NCBI GenBank assembly: GCA_964057225.1
Contig: OZ059895.1
Coordinates: 7,192,001-7,256,000 of the forward strand
From: Auanema rhodensis
Lineage: Eukaryota > Animalia > Nematoda
Direction of reading: 5' to 3'
DNA length: 64,000 nt
Part shown: positions 1-12,300 of the stretch, one piece after another
Layout of the letters: each line of letters starts with the position of its first letter
Numbering within the stretch: position 1 is the stretch's first letter
Notes under the pieces: model-generated
What the model was told of the DNA's origin: nothing
The model's input: only the letters and a program-made list of their open reading frames with translations
Database searches by the model: none
Translations under genes and position numbers: made by a program

Positions 1-3000
1 AATTGAAAAAGCGATAAATACTTCTCTTTTCACTTTTTCTTCTGAATTGGATATTCCCCCTTTTCGGTTCTATATAGCAAATAATTTTTCTATAAGACTC
101 ATGAATGAAAATTATGATGGACTTCGAAAACTTCTATATGAAAATCAGTCACATGCTCAGAGCGATAGGAATCGCTATAGTTTTTTCATTGTCCTAATTT
201 TTGAACTGAATACTTTTCTGTGGATGTATCACCAGCTTTTTTCGTTTATCTCTTAGCCTGACTGTCAACCTCACCAGCTGCGTTTTTAATTGGTCTTCAT
301 AACGTTTACAGCTGTGTTATAGAGACATTTAAACTGAATAGTATGAGCGTTTACTTTAGTTCATGTAATTCAAAAAAATTGTAGTTGGAACAAAAGAATG
401 TTCTACTGCTTTTGGTCGCGTTCAATATGTTGTGTGTTAGTTTAAATGCCTTTCATATTAGAAATAAAAATGTTCGGAGCTTGCTGAACAAATAAGCATA
501 AACTTCAAGCTTATATTTCTATTGTTCAAAAAAAGGATTTTAATTATAAACATCTGAAAAATTTAGTTATCTTTGTACTTTGGTGATTTTTTTTGAATTG
601 CCAGGGTTGATTCCCCAACTGTTGGCTTAGGTGGCATAGAATAAATCTTTCGTCTTTCATAAGGATCCTTTGATTTTTGGAGCACGTGAAGTGAAAAAAT
701 TTTTTTTCTCTCATAGGTCTTCCCAATTGTACAGAACGAATAAGTTTTGCATTGATCCTGTGATAAACATTAAAAAAGAAACAATAGCGATGAGCAAATT
801 AGCTATTGGGTATTAATCACTTTTATAAACTTATGACTAATAATAATATTAAATAAAGTCATATGCGTTACGGATTTCTATTAGGATGCACACACATCAA
901 TTGCTTTTAAATTGTGAATATCTCACTTTTTGTCTCTTTTGATTTATTGAAATGTTCTTGATGAATATTGAAATTTATTAATAGTGTTCGATGACATTAA
1001 AATGATTTCTTTAGAAGCATATGCATCTAAACAAGCTGTAGCATATCTCTGTGGTATTAGTAATTTCATTAGGCTTTTGAATTACGAAACTCTTACACGT
1101 AATATGCGTTAAGCTCAACATCAGGAAAATGCCTTCTATTTGGTGTCCCTAAAGAAAGCGATTGAACAAGGTCGTATTTTTCTGATTCGAAAGCCAACTT
1201 TACAATGCCCTTGAACGTTGCTTTTAGTTATGTAATAGTTGAGTGAAAGGGAAGAGAGATAATGCTTTATAGTGAGAATTGTTTATCAGTTGAAACATAC
1301 TCACACATTTTTGCTTTATGAAAGTATTTGTAATGAAACCAATTCTTCCATATCTGAATCTATACTTTTCTTATGATGGAGCCTGTTTGAGTATTTTTTG
1401 ACGCGTGTCATTTGATTTCATCTCCTTATCGCTCTGCTGATAGTAATGGCATTCCTCAAATGATCTTATTGTAACAGGATTGCATGAATGTTTATTTCAT
1501 TGAAAGTTTTGATTAGGTAATATGAAGTTTATTTTCATTTGAGCAATGCTAATATTTCTCTAGAAAAAAAATATAAGAAAGGTTCTATTCAAACTATTGA
1601 TTGTTTTGTTTCTTGGATTTACTCTTCCTATTGTAGATTTTTTTATTAATTATGATTTCTAGTCCTTTAAGTCGTTCGGAAGGGTGGTGTTTATCATTGA
1701 ATAGTTTTTAACTTCGAACAGTATGATAATTGAATGGCTGTTTTTTTATAAATTGGTTTCTATTACTAAGAGTTCGAGAAAAAAAGAACCTTGCCATATA
1801 CTGCGGATTTGAAAACGTTTTAAGATCTCAAGGTCATGCGTTAAAAAAAAACGAAAGTTAGTATAATTCTCCTCATGTTTTGCGTACTTCTTACCCCGAT
1901 GTAAGGTCAGGATCTCCTTGGCGAGAGTTATTGTGGATGGGCGAGATTTTCTGCGTTGATGCCGAAAAAACGTTGGTAAAGTAGCGTCTGGTAACAGCAT
2001 CACCTCGTCCTTCTCGCTTTCTTTCCGCCGCAGTCCTTCTCTTAAAACCTGTTAGCCAAGCTGGTTTTTGTAAAGTTCGACCTTGGGTTGAGCCTCAATT
2101 ATTTACAATTTTCTCTTTACTGGTAGACTGTTGATTAAAGTGACTTAGACTAGAGTTTCAGTGCCAACACTGAGAGCTTCTTCAGTTCGGTATTTTTTGA
2201 ACGAGTCGAACGAACAATTTTTTGAGGGACTATTCATATATCCTACATATTTAATTCATCGAGTGAGAAAAATTCTATCAGTATCTAGTAAAAATTATTG
2301 AAGCTATTTATTTGTTTCGTTTTGTTATTCTTTCTGTTTGCTTTTTTTCTGCTCCACTATGACTACAACAGATGGGATGATTTACTTTTCTCTTCTTTCT
2401 CTATCTGTTCATCTCACTTGTGCTACTAGGATGTCATTGTTAGTATCGTTTGAAGTCTCGTCCCTGAGTCTTTTTCCTGGCGCCCATCATTGTCATCCTC
2501 CAACCCCTCTCTTCAATTTCTTTTCGTTTTCTTTTTCTTCAGAAAGCTATCTTTCCCATTGGAACGAGAGCGAGAGGCCTGTCAGTTGCCCTCACTGTCT
2601 AACACTCTCTTATAGCTCCACAATCCATTTCCTATGTCGTTTTTTCGTCGAGTTGGCAATTTCTAGGCTTGTCTGTAGACACTCTTCTTTTCCCTTCTCT
2701 TTATTCCTTCGTCAGCGCCGTCGACTTGTGTGTTATCATTTTGTTGTGTCTGCATGCCTGCGTTTTCGTTTCTCTCACCCATCGTGCATCCACATTCATG
2801 CAAGCAAGTCAGACAGCAACTCTTTTTCTCTCCGCTCCCTCCTAGCGTCAAACGGCGTGGGTTGTCAATATCAACCCTCCTTCTCTCATTGGTTCTTACC
2901 AGCTAGCTCCGCCCTTTGGCAGGGGGGGTTGAACAACGTGAGCGCCATGGGGTTTGTTGCGTGTGCTGCTTGCTGCTGTGCTGCTGCTGACGCCCCTTTC

Positions 3001-3359
3001 TCCCTCCACTACATCCCCAACTCCCTCTCAACTTCGTTGCCAGATACCTGATCTCATATCAACTATTTCTATCACACTGTTCTATGCTGCCCTTTCTAGT
3101 TGCAAACTGTTTCATAACAGGCATCATCTATGTTCCTTCTATTTTTTATCCGATCCCGGCATCTCTTAAAAGGCCTCTCCCCCATCAACGATTTGCGCCA
3201 CCGCTTGTGCATAGTCTTGTTTTTTTTGTTGCAATATTATGCTGATCCAAGCTAGTGTAACCTTATTAATATGTGAACCCCCTTCTCTCCAGACTTGTCT
3301 CCTTAGAAACATTCAAAAACAACGGTTAAAATTAAGTAAAATACCGAGCTATTTTTCAG

Positions 3360-6300
3360 TACGGAAGACAAGCGTGTTATGTTGTAAGCGTACTGTTGGA
3401 TAGACACCAGTTGCCCGAAGGTGAATATTTATAAGTCCTATTGGATGTTATGTATGTTTATGCTCTTTTGGGGAATTGTTTATGCTGTTCTGTTTGGTAT
3501 CATACAGATCTGTGTAAAAAAAATTTTCAAAGAACATAAGCTACAACATTTGGTCTTTCTATATTCTATGTTCCTATTTCTCCCATTCCAGATGATCTTC
3601 AGAAAACCGTCATTCCCCTCATGTACGAGTTGGTTGACACGTCCAACGAGAGTGCCGACTCGGAACATCGAGTTGAAATTGCCACGGTATGACCCGGATT
3701 GTATTATATTTATTCCAATTAGGGATATATGCTGGCTGAGAATAACTTGTGATGGCTTCGTGAGCGTATAATGAAAACCTGCTTTTTAACAATTGTATTG
3801 ATCTCTTTTGAATTATTGTAGTTTCAAACAGTAGGTCTTGGCAACTTTGCAGTTTTCAAGCCATTGTCCCCAATACCTTTTTTGGCGCCTTTTCATAGTT
3901 TTTCTTCCTTTCTTTGTGCCCCGCCATTACTTGTGGCTGTGTGTTTCTTCTCGAAAGAAAGAGACCTCTACGCCGGCAAAAACTGGCGTCAGCGGCCGCG
4001 ACGAAGACAACGAGAAATCGTTGAAAACGAGAGAGTTTCGAATGAGAGAGTATGGAAAAGTGTGGGCAAAGCGTGGAACCCAAAGAAACAAAGTGCTGAG
4101 AGAGATAGTGAAAGGAGAGCAGAGTGGCAGCAATCCGGCGCGCAAAAAAAGGGGTGGAGTTTGCTGGCGCGGCGGCGAATGATCGTTTGCCTGGGCGGAG
4201 AACTAGAGATGCAGTCAAATGAAAGAGTGTGGGGCCTTCCGAGGCGCAGGAGGAGAGGGAATTGCTCTCTCTCACACTCTTTCCAGCCATAGCCATAGCG
4301 GCACATTGAATGAATGAAGAACACTGAAACGTCGTGGCTGCCTGCTGCCTGGTTAGCGAGCAGAACAACCAGCCTCTTTCTGCTGTTTCTTTCATTTCAT
4401 TGGCACTGCTATATCTATCGTACCTGCAATATCTGTATTATTCCATTTTGAATACCCTGATTCGTCTTTCGTCTGCTCAAGATATTTCAATGTCTGTAGC
4501 GTCAGTCTTGTTCAATCCCTCATTTAACCCTTATTCTCAGATTTTCCCTCTCTCACTTTCTCACTCAACTTCGCGGAGTGAAGAGTGTAGTAGAGAGGAT
4601 CTGAGAATATCTATATGTTTGTGTGCTTCTGTGTGGATGTATGAGTGCTTATGTATGTTTCTGTATATTTGTGAAGCACCGCATCGAGTTTAAGTTTAAA
4701 TCTGCCCAGATCCCCAATCCTCCCCTAGTCATGTCGTCTCGATGGTGAAAGACATGGGTAGTGAGACGCGTCATAGCCGTATCACTATTCTGTTTTTCGC
4801 CTTCTGGATGTACTCATTTTGCCCCTTTGTCCCGCGTTGAAGAGCAGTGTGATAGAAACCTATAGAAAGGTGCTCTAAAAAGTGTCTGTTAATCGAATGA
4901 AGTCTTTACTGGTGTCTTTGATTATCAGTGATGATTGGTTGAAGATTGTGCTAGCGTTTGAAATAGTGATCATAAGTTAAAAAGAAATGAACTGAGGAAA
5001 TATTGAACGAGATAAGACATCAGAAGAGAATGAGTTTTTTTTTGCGTTGTATGTGCGTTTGTCGCACAGCTGTTGTATGCAGGTGGTGTGTATGTGTGTG
5101 TGCTACGTGCTTGCACTAGTATAATCTCTATTTCACTAGCGCCTTATCTCTTGCTTCTCCAGGTTGGAGCTAAGTTAGATGCAGTGCTCAAAATTCACCT
5201 TTCCCTGTCTAAATCTTAAACATATTCCATTTTTGATGGCAGTCCAAACTCTAGGCTCTATTGCTCTTACAGCCCCATCAGGCTCGGCTCACTACCGGCA
5301 CGTCAAAGTGGTGGGTGATTTGTCGACTTGAGTTCATATCACAGCCAGCTTTGATGTGCTGTAATGAGCAAAGAGGCCGTAACCAAGCCCTAAGCCCATA
5401 TCCCTAATCCGTTAATGAGCCACATGCCAGCCAGCCTAGAATCTCTGGATGAAATCATTATTCTGTGGAATACTTTATAGTTTTTTTTCATTTCAGGTGT
5501 TGTGTCGAATAATATCTCAAGATGACTTAAAGGACCGGAAATGGGTCTACGACAACTTCATCTGGCGCTACTCACATCTGCTCACACATCCAATTCTTCA
5601 TGTTCGAAAAGTGGGTAGTTTAATGGAAATAACAGGGGTAACAACGAAAGGGGAAAGGAAAACGAATACGAAGGGAAAAGAAGGGAAAGAATAAAAGTGA
5701 ACGGCGTTCACTGTAATTTTATGGAAAGGGTTGTTCAAAGAAAGAAGATAGGCATTTTTTTTGCTTTAGTAGAAGGCAACTTCGAAAAAAAACGAAATGC
5801 GATGACGGTAATACGGATGGAATGCTTGCTCAAATGACAAACAAGAAAGCAAATACGGGCTCACGGCAGAAACTGAGAGCAAACAGATAGCGTTTCGTGA
5901 TGATGTTGCTGCAGGCAAGATGCTTTGCCATATCATTGTTACTTTGTGTTGAATACACGACTTTCACTTCACTGTTCCATGCAGAACAGCTTTCTATTTC
6001 TTATGAGTTAACGGATCCTGTATAATGCTAACCATACAGGTTAGGTTTGTGAAGTTTCACCCAAAGGAGTTGGTTTTCGGTCGACGACGTGACGACAGCG
6101 CGGTTTGGCAGCGTCGCGTTTTGTGTTGGCCGCGAAGCTGGATTGATTGACGAAAGCGAGGGACACGAGGCAAAGAAGAAGACAAAAACGACTAAATAAG
6201 AAATGACATTGGAAAAGATGAGAATTTCGAAAGCGAAAGACTATCGGAAGGAAGCCATTTAAAGCAGTGTGCTTTTACAGACTTTAAGGCATTTGAATAC

Positions 6301-9300
6301 CACGTTTTCTTAGTGTCAGAAGAGTATTCAAGTAAGAAGAATGGTATGTTGTAGAACATTAGGGTTGGTTTGGTAATAAGAAACTTGGCAAGTTTTGTTC
6401 ACCAAAACAGGAACTTTCATTAGTTTTTTGTTTAATCTTTTTTGACTGCACTCCAGTTCTTTAGCAGGTGACCCTGCCAAACTACCTCGCGTTTTGTATT
6501 TCTCGCTTTCAATATCAGTACTGCGTTATCTTTAAACGATTTTTCTTCGATTGAACCGTTGTTGGAGCGACGATATGACAATCTTACCAAAAATCAGAGA
6601 TTAGTATTCATCAACACCAGGAGAAATTGTCCATGTCCAGTGTTTGGTGACTTTTTAAAGCATTGGTTTAAGTTGTGATTGCTCTGCATAGCCACTTTGT
6701 TTACTTATAAACTTGCAATACAGCCAAACGATCTCAGTAACGACAGTCAAAATTTTACGATTTTTAAAATCTACCAGGGTGGCCTCCATGCTTTCACTCT
6801 TGTTGGCAATGGCCTCACTATTTTTTCGATTTGATTATCGAGTTGAAAAAAGATAAAAGAGCGAAATGGCATACCCGGCAACCAGTCACTCGCCGGCTCA
6901 AACGGAAAAACGAAGCGTTCGCTGTGTGTAATAGGGAAATAGGTTTTCGATCGTTCTCGGAAATTCATTCTTCTGTTGGGCGAGCCGATTACAGTAATCC
7001 TTCTATGGTGTATGTTGTGTGTCTGTTTTTTTTCTGAATAAGAGGTTGTTGAGCTGAATGAATAAGTGGCATTGTGAGTTGTCCCACGGCTCTTCATTGG
7101 CGAAGGCAATGGCGTCTAGAACATAATAAGTCGCATGATAAAGTGTTAAACAAGTTTAAACGGTGAAACGTCTTTTATGCAATCAGTTGCACTAATGGAT
7201 ATTTGATTATTATAAGCTGTGCTTTTTATTAACTCATCTTTAATTTTGATATGAGAACATTCAAAATATATGAAACATGGGGATAAACTTTTCTGTCACT
7301 GAGCGAGTTTTTCTCATACTAACTCAATAATTGCAATGTCCTTCGAAGATGTATATGTTGTTATTATGATGTTTGTTAGAATACAAGAAAAACAGAAAAA
7401 AAAAACAGGGTAAAATGCATGGTGACGATTTGTCCGATTCCATGAATGTTGTTTGGCATGATTCATGGCCACCAACAGGCAATGCTGAATAATGCCCCCC
7501 TTCGTTCAGGCGGGAAGATGGAGTAATGACGTCATATGAATTGAATCAAAGGAAGAAGGATCGTGAATATATAAAAAACGACACAGGCCTCTATGGCAGT
7601 TTCTTCGTCACGTGGTTTAGATCGTCCTAATATTGCGGACTAGTCGTTATAGCCATGAGAGTGGGCTGATTTGATTTAAACGATGATGCTCGTTTCAAAA
7701 ACGATTCAGGAAAGATCAATGATCGCGTTTGACGAGTGTGTTAGCTTAATGGAACTATAGAAAAATGTAATTTTTTAGAATAATTTAGAAAAGATATTTT
7801 ATAAACAAAAGTTGCAATGCAATCGTGTTGCTGCTTAAAACATGCAATCGTAGCTGGGCGGACGCTACGTCTGTATTTATAATTTGATTATTTATTAGAC
7901 AATTAAGTATAATTCAAGGCTCTTGGTATTGCCTGCTTTTCGAGTTTAACTATTTACATTGTTGTTTTACCAGGGCTATCTCCCCAGTAAGTGGGTGTAG
8001 ATGGTTTCATTATATACGAATGTAGATTTTTAAAATTCAAACTGAAGCGAAAGTAGTCTAGGATGTGCATCACATATGATTTTATTAGTTGTTGACTTAT
8101 TAGTTTCATCTGCTATATCACTGCAGATATTCAAGAGTCACTCAACAATTCGTTGATGTGCCTATGTCAGCGCGTATTGCATGGCAAATCAAATTAAAAA
8201 AATAAAAAGCAAAAAAAGACAAAATTGAGATTTTAACCAAATGTAGCATAAAAGTGCGATTGGTTTAGTTATGTTGTTTTATGAAGAAAAAAATTATGTC
8301 TGATCAGCCAAAAAAAATGCTTTCGTTACAACTTTCATTTTATGTCAATTTTTTGACTGTTTGAAATTTTTAAAGTTTTCGAAGGTAAGAGAAGAAGTTT
8401 AGACGCATGTGTGATGGATCAATGGGAGGAAAATTATACTGGAGCATTAAGTTTCCAGAGAAATATTCAAATAATGTGTTCCTTACTCTTTCTTTCTTCT
8501 AATGTTCCTTATAAATTGGAAAGAAAAATAGACTGCACATAGAGGAAAATTAACAACATCTGGGACCGCATAGCGCATATCAAGGGCTCGTTGGAAGAGC
8601 CCACAAGGCCAACTCAGTCTAACACGTGACGATTAGGAAATATATATCCTTGGCTGCTGGCATTGTCCTTCCATACGAATAGAGAAAAGGGGTTTAAGAT
8701 ATGGAAAAAAATTATTGGGAATTAAACTAGTACAAAAAGAGCAATATCAAATGAAATATAATATGATTCCCTATATGAAGTTAAACTTGAATTATGTAAA
8801 CTGAAGTTATGTATTATTCCTTTTCAGGTTGCTATTGGTATAATTGGACATCTGGCTCGAATGTTTGGCACCCGCTTCACAGATATGGTTAGTTTCCTAT
8901 ATTTTTTCTCTTCTTTTCGATATTCACTGGGGCAAAAGCTTCCCATTTTTTTACACTAATGCTTTTCTTCATCCTCGTATCCCTTTGTCTACTTGTCCTT
9001 TGATCAGTTTCGTTCTGTTCATTCGTCTTCTCTTTTTCCCATTTTTAAATTTTTTTCTGCAAGCATTCAAAGAGACATATACGAAGTATGGATCAGGGTC
9101 GTAAGGGATGGTCATATGATGGGTTGGAAGATCACCTGAGAGGCTACCATCATATGGACAGTTCGAAATGAACCAATGAGATTTAGCGTTTGTTAAAATG
9201 TATGGACCATCTGTCTTTTGTTGAAACGTTTCACAACCTCTCTTTTCTGTCTTTGTTTGTGTGTGTCTTTTTCTATTCTTATACAACAGAATTTTGAGGG

Positions 9301-12300
9301 GCGTAAGGATGAGCCATAAAATAGCATAGAGTTATTAGATTTTTCTCTATGGACGCCTGGAGAAAGCTAAGAATTTGTCATCATTCCTTGTCATATGCTT
9401 TCTCATTGGTGGTCTGAAACTGACACATAGCACAGGGTAAAGACAGGATGGTTTTCGTATAATTAATGGAGGGATAGGAATGGTTTGGATATTGATGGGC
9501 CTACACAAAGCCTAAATGGGTTTGCACTTTTGACAGAATTTGTGGAGATGTGAACTGCTTCTACTAATGATCATCGTTTAGAGTATCTCTAGAGATTTTC
9601 TGTTCAAATTTTAGCTGTTGGTTGGACGATGTGATGGAGGGAAGAAGAGGAAGCTTCAGGATGATTTTCGCTCGACTTGTTTATTCAAAATTTTTCATAA
9701 TTGAAGTTGGTATAGCGGAACGTAGCATGGCGCTTTCGATAGCTGTCTTGTGTATCTGCAAATTCTTTGAATAGATCTTTTGTTTCATTCTAGTATTACG
9801 CTTTTGAGGAGACCACTTTGTCTTTTGACTCATCTGACTTGTGATCCTTGGCCCTTATCTACTTCCTTAATACTTCTCATGTATGCGTATATGGCGTTGA
9901 TGCAGATACATCTAATTCAATATGAAATATTGGTTGTAGAAAATATTTATGAGTATTATATACATCCAAATAGAATTACGAGTGGTGCAACTTACTCTCC
10001 TCAGATTTTCATTTTGATCATCATATACTATGCATATTGAGAAAAAACTTCAAGGCTTGAATGAGCTGTTCTATGAAGTTTTTTGATTTCGTTCCAATGG
10101 GTTTTTCCGAGTGTTCTGCTCACGTTTTCTCTCTCCCAATTCCCCTTCTACGTTCGCTTTTCTTCTCTTTTTTTCTCGTTCCCAGCTATTTTCTTTGACA
10201 CTTGAACGAAAAAAACCAGAGGTTAGACATGAAAGAATCGAAAGATAGAAAATTCACTCGTGAAGAAGCTTTGGCGAAATTGCGAGCAGATGTGCCTCCG
10301 CGAATATGCTTCGTTTCATAATTCCAAACATAAATGTGATGTGTTTGTTGAAACTACATCAATACGTGACACATGCAGTTGTTTATCATGTGTTCCATGT
10401 GCTCTGCTTCTGTTGACGTCAATATATGCAAGTTTGTGTTGATGTAGATAGTTTAGCGATCGCTTGTTCTGCCAAATCGGGCATTTTGCGATCTTTGGTT
10501 GTTAGCTCTTGTGCTCTGCAATCGACCAAGAGTTGGCGAATATATGTAGAAGTAAGATGAGGATTGTATGGGGACGTTGACACTCGTTGCCATTCTGTTC
10601 TTTCTTCGTCATCCCCTATTTTTTTTCCGTTTTCACTCCACTTAGCTATCGCTCTCTCTTGGTTCATGTGTTCTCGAAAGTTTGATGAACGGAAGGGGGA
10701 GTCTCTCGGAGAGAGTAGAAAGACAAAGTCGAAGTTGTTTGCTTCGTTGGTTATGTGTGCTTGTTTGTTGCAAATCCTAGGCAAATAAGCTCCGGGGGGT
10801 TTTCGTTATTGTCTGTTGAGGGGTTGCAAAATGGGCCTGAGATTAAAATATAATGGGTGAAACACAAGGAGAATGAGGAGTAGAAACGAGAATGTTGTGA
10901 CTTACAATGGCACGAAAAAAAAGCTGGGAATGTTTTTTAACGAGGGAGCCAATGTTTTTTGTTTTTGAGTTTAGATGCTCAATGTAGGTTAAATTTTAAC
11001 AGTTGATCTAGTAAAAATTATAAGAGGGATTTCGCACATGTCTCGAAAAAATAAGATAATTTCTAAAAATATGGGCAGAATGAAGGAATGTAATAGCTTT
11101 TATTATATCAAATAACATGAATTTCAAAAAATTGAAATTAAGTTTGAGTCACTTAATGTCCTTACAAGAGAATTTGATCAATGAACAATGAAAATACACA
11201 TGTGACAAGTTCCTCTCAGCTTTACTACAGAGAAGTTGAGAATTCAAAACGATTATCATGGTAAGGAAGAGGTATTTGTGGCGACGAAGATATACAACTA
11301 AAGAGTAGCATTGAAATTATGAGATTAGCAAGTAGAAACACTAGATTAATTTCACCGCCTGTTTGTCAGCCATGATGCTCCTACTTCAATCTCGATTCTC
11401 TCGCTCTCCCTTCTATTTTTTCGTATATCATGTCTCAATTATATCCCTTTTGCTCCAGTGTGTTTCACTGTGATTTTGATGTTTCCTATCCAACATTTTT
11501 TTCAATTATTCACGCTTTTTCTCTCGTAGTGAAATCGCGAGTATGAATTTCATATAATGGAGAACATAGGGATTAGAGGGGCTAATACAACATATTTCCG
11601 AGGTTATTCGATAAATCAAAATCAGGATTACATTTGTCCACTTAAAGGGGTTTTGTAAATATAAATGAATATATTAGCTTAAGTTCACTCACAATTAATT
11701 CCTCCAAATCAAGTAATTTGGTATTTTTCTTTCTGTATATTTTCATTTTCATGAAATATTTTTCAACTATAATAGTATACTTTTATTAATTATATGTTTC
11801 AGTTTTCCGTTCCACATCTACTTGCATTATGCGAAGATCCTAATTGGGGAGTTCGAAAGGTTGTCTGTGAAAACTTTGTAGAGGTCAGTTATATGAATAT
11901 TCTATTAGCTCGTTTGTTTCAAACATTTTATTATTTTATGGTTCCATTTATATTTATATACTTTCATGCTATAAGGTTTTCATTATATCTGGCAATTTTG
12001 TCTGCTATTCATATGTTAGTTTGCCTGTTTCGTAATGCGTATCCAGGATTTGTTGCTAAGTTACTGCTATGTTTGTGTCTATTTTCGGAGTTTTATACAT
12101 ATATCTAACTGCTCTGTATGCAGTTTATGAGTAATGTGAAGAAAAAAAGAAAGAAAATTTGTTGCTCTACTATGGGGGACTTGCGATGCTCTTTTTTAGA
12201 TGCCATATAATGAACCACCAAAGATATAAGATAACAAGATAGCATTGACTTATTTTTTCTCGTTTTTCTGTTCTTAAGAAACAACCAAAATAAAAGAAGC

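Noticed and set aside
2338-3051. 237-aa ORF and neighbouring long ORFs (3838-4395)
   Set aside because: S/F/L/C-rich translations of pyrimidine- or purine-rich intronic DNA of ppfr-1, with no domain and no sensible splice structure.
5913-5935. AGGCAAGATG, resembling the miR-72/miR-31 5' end
   Set aside because: Only 10 nt match and no pre-miRNA-sized hairpin.
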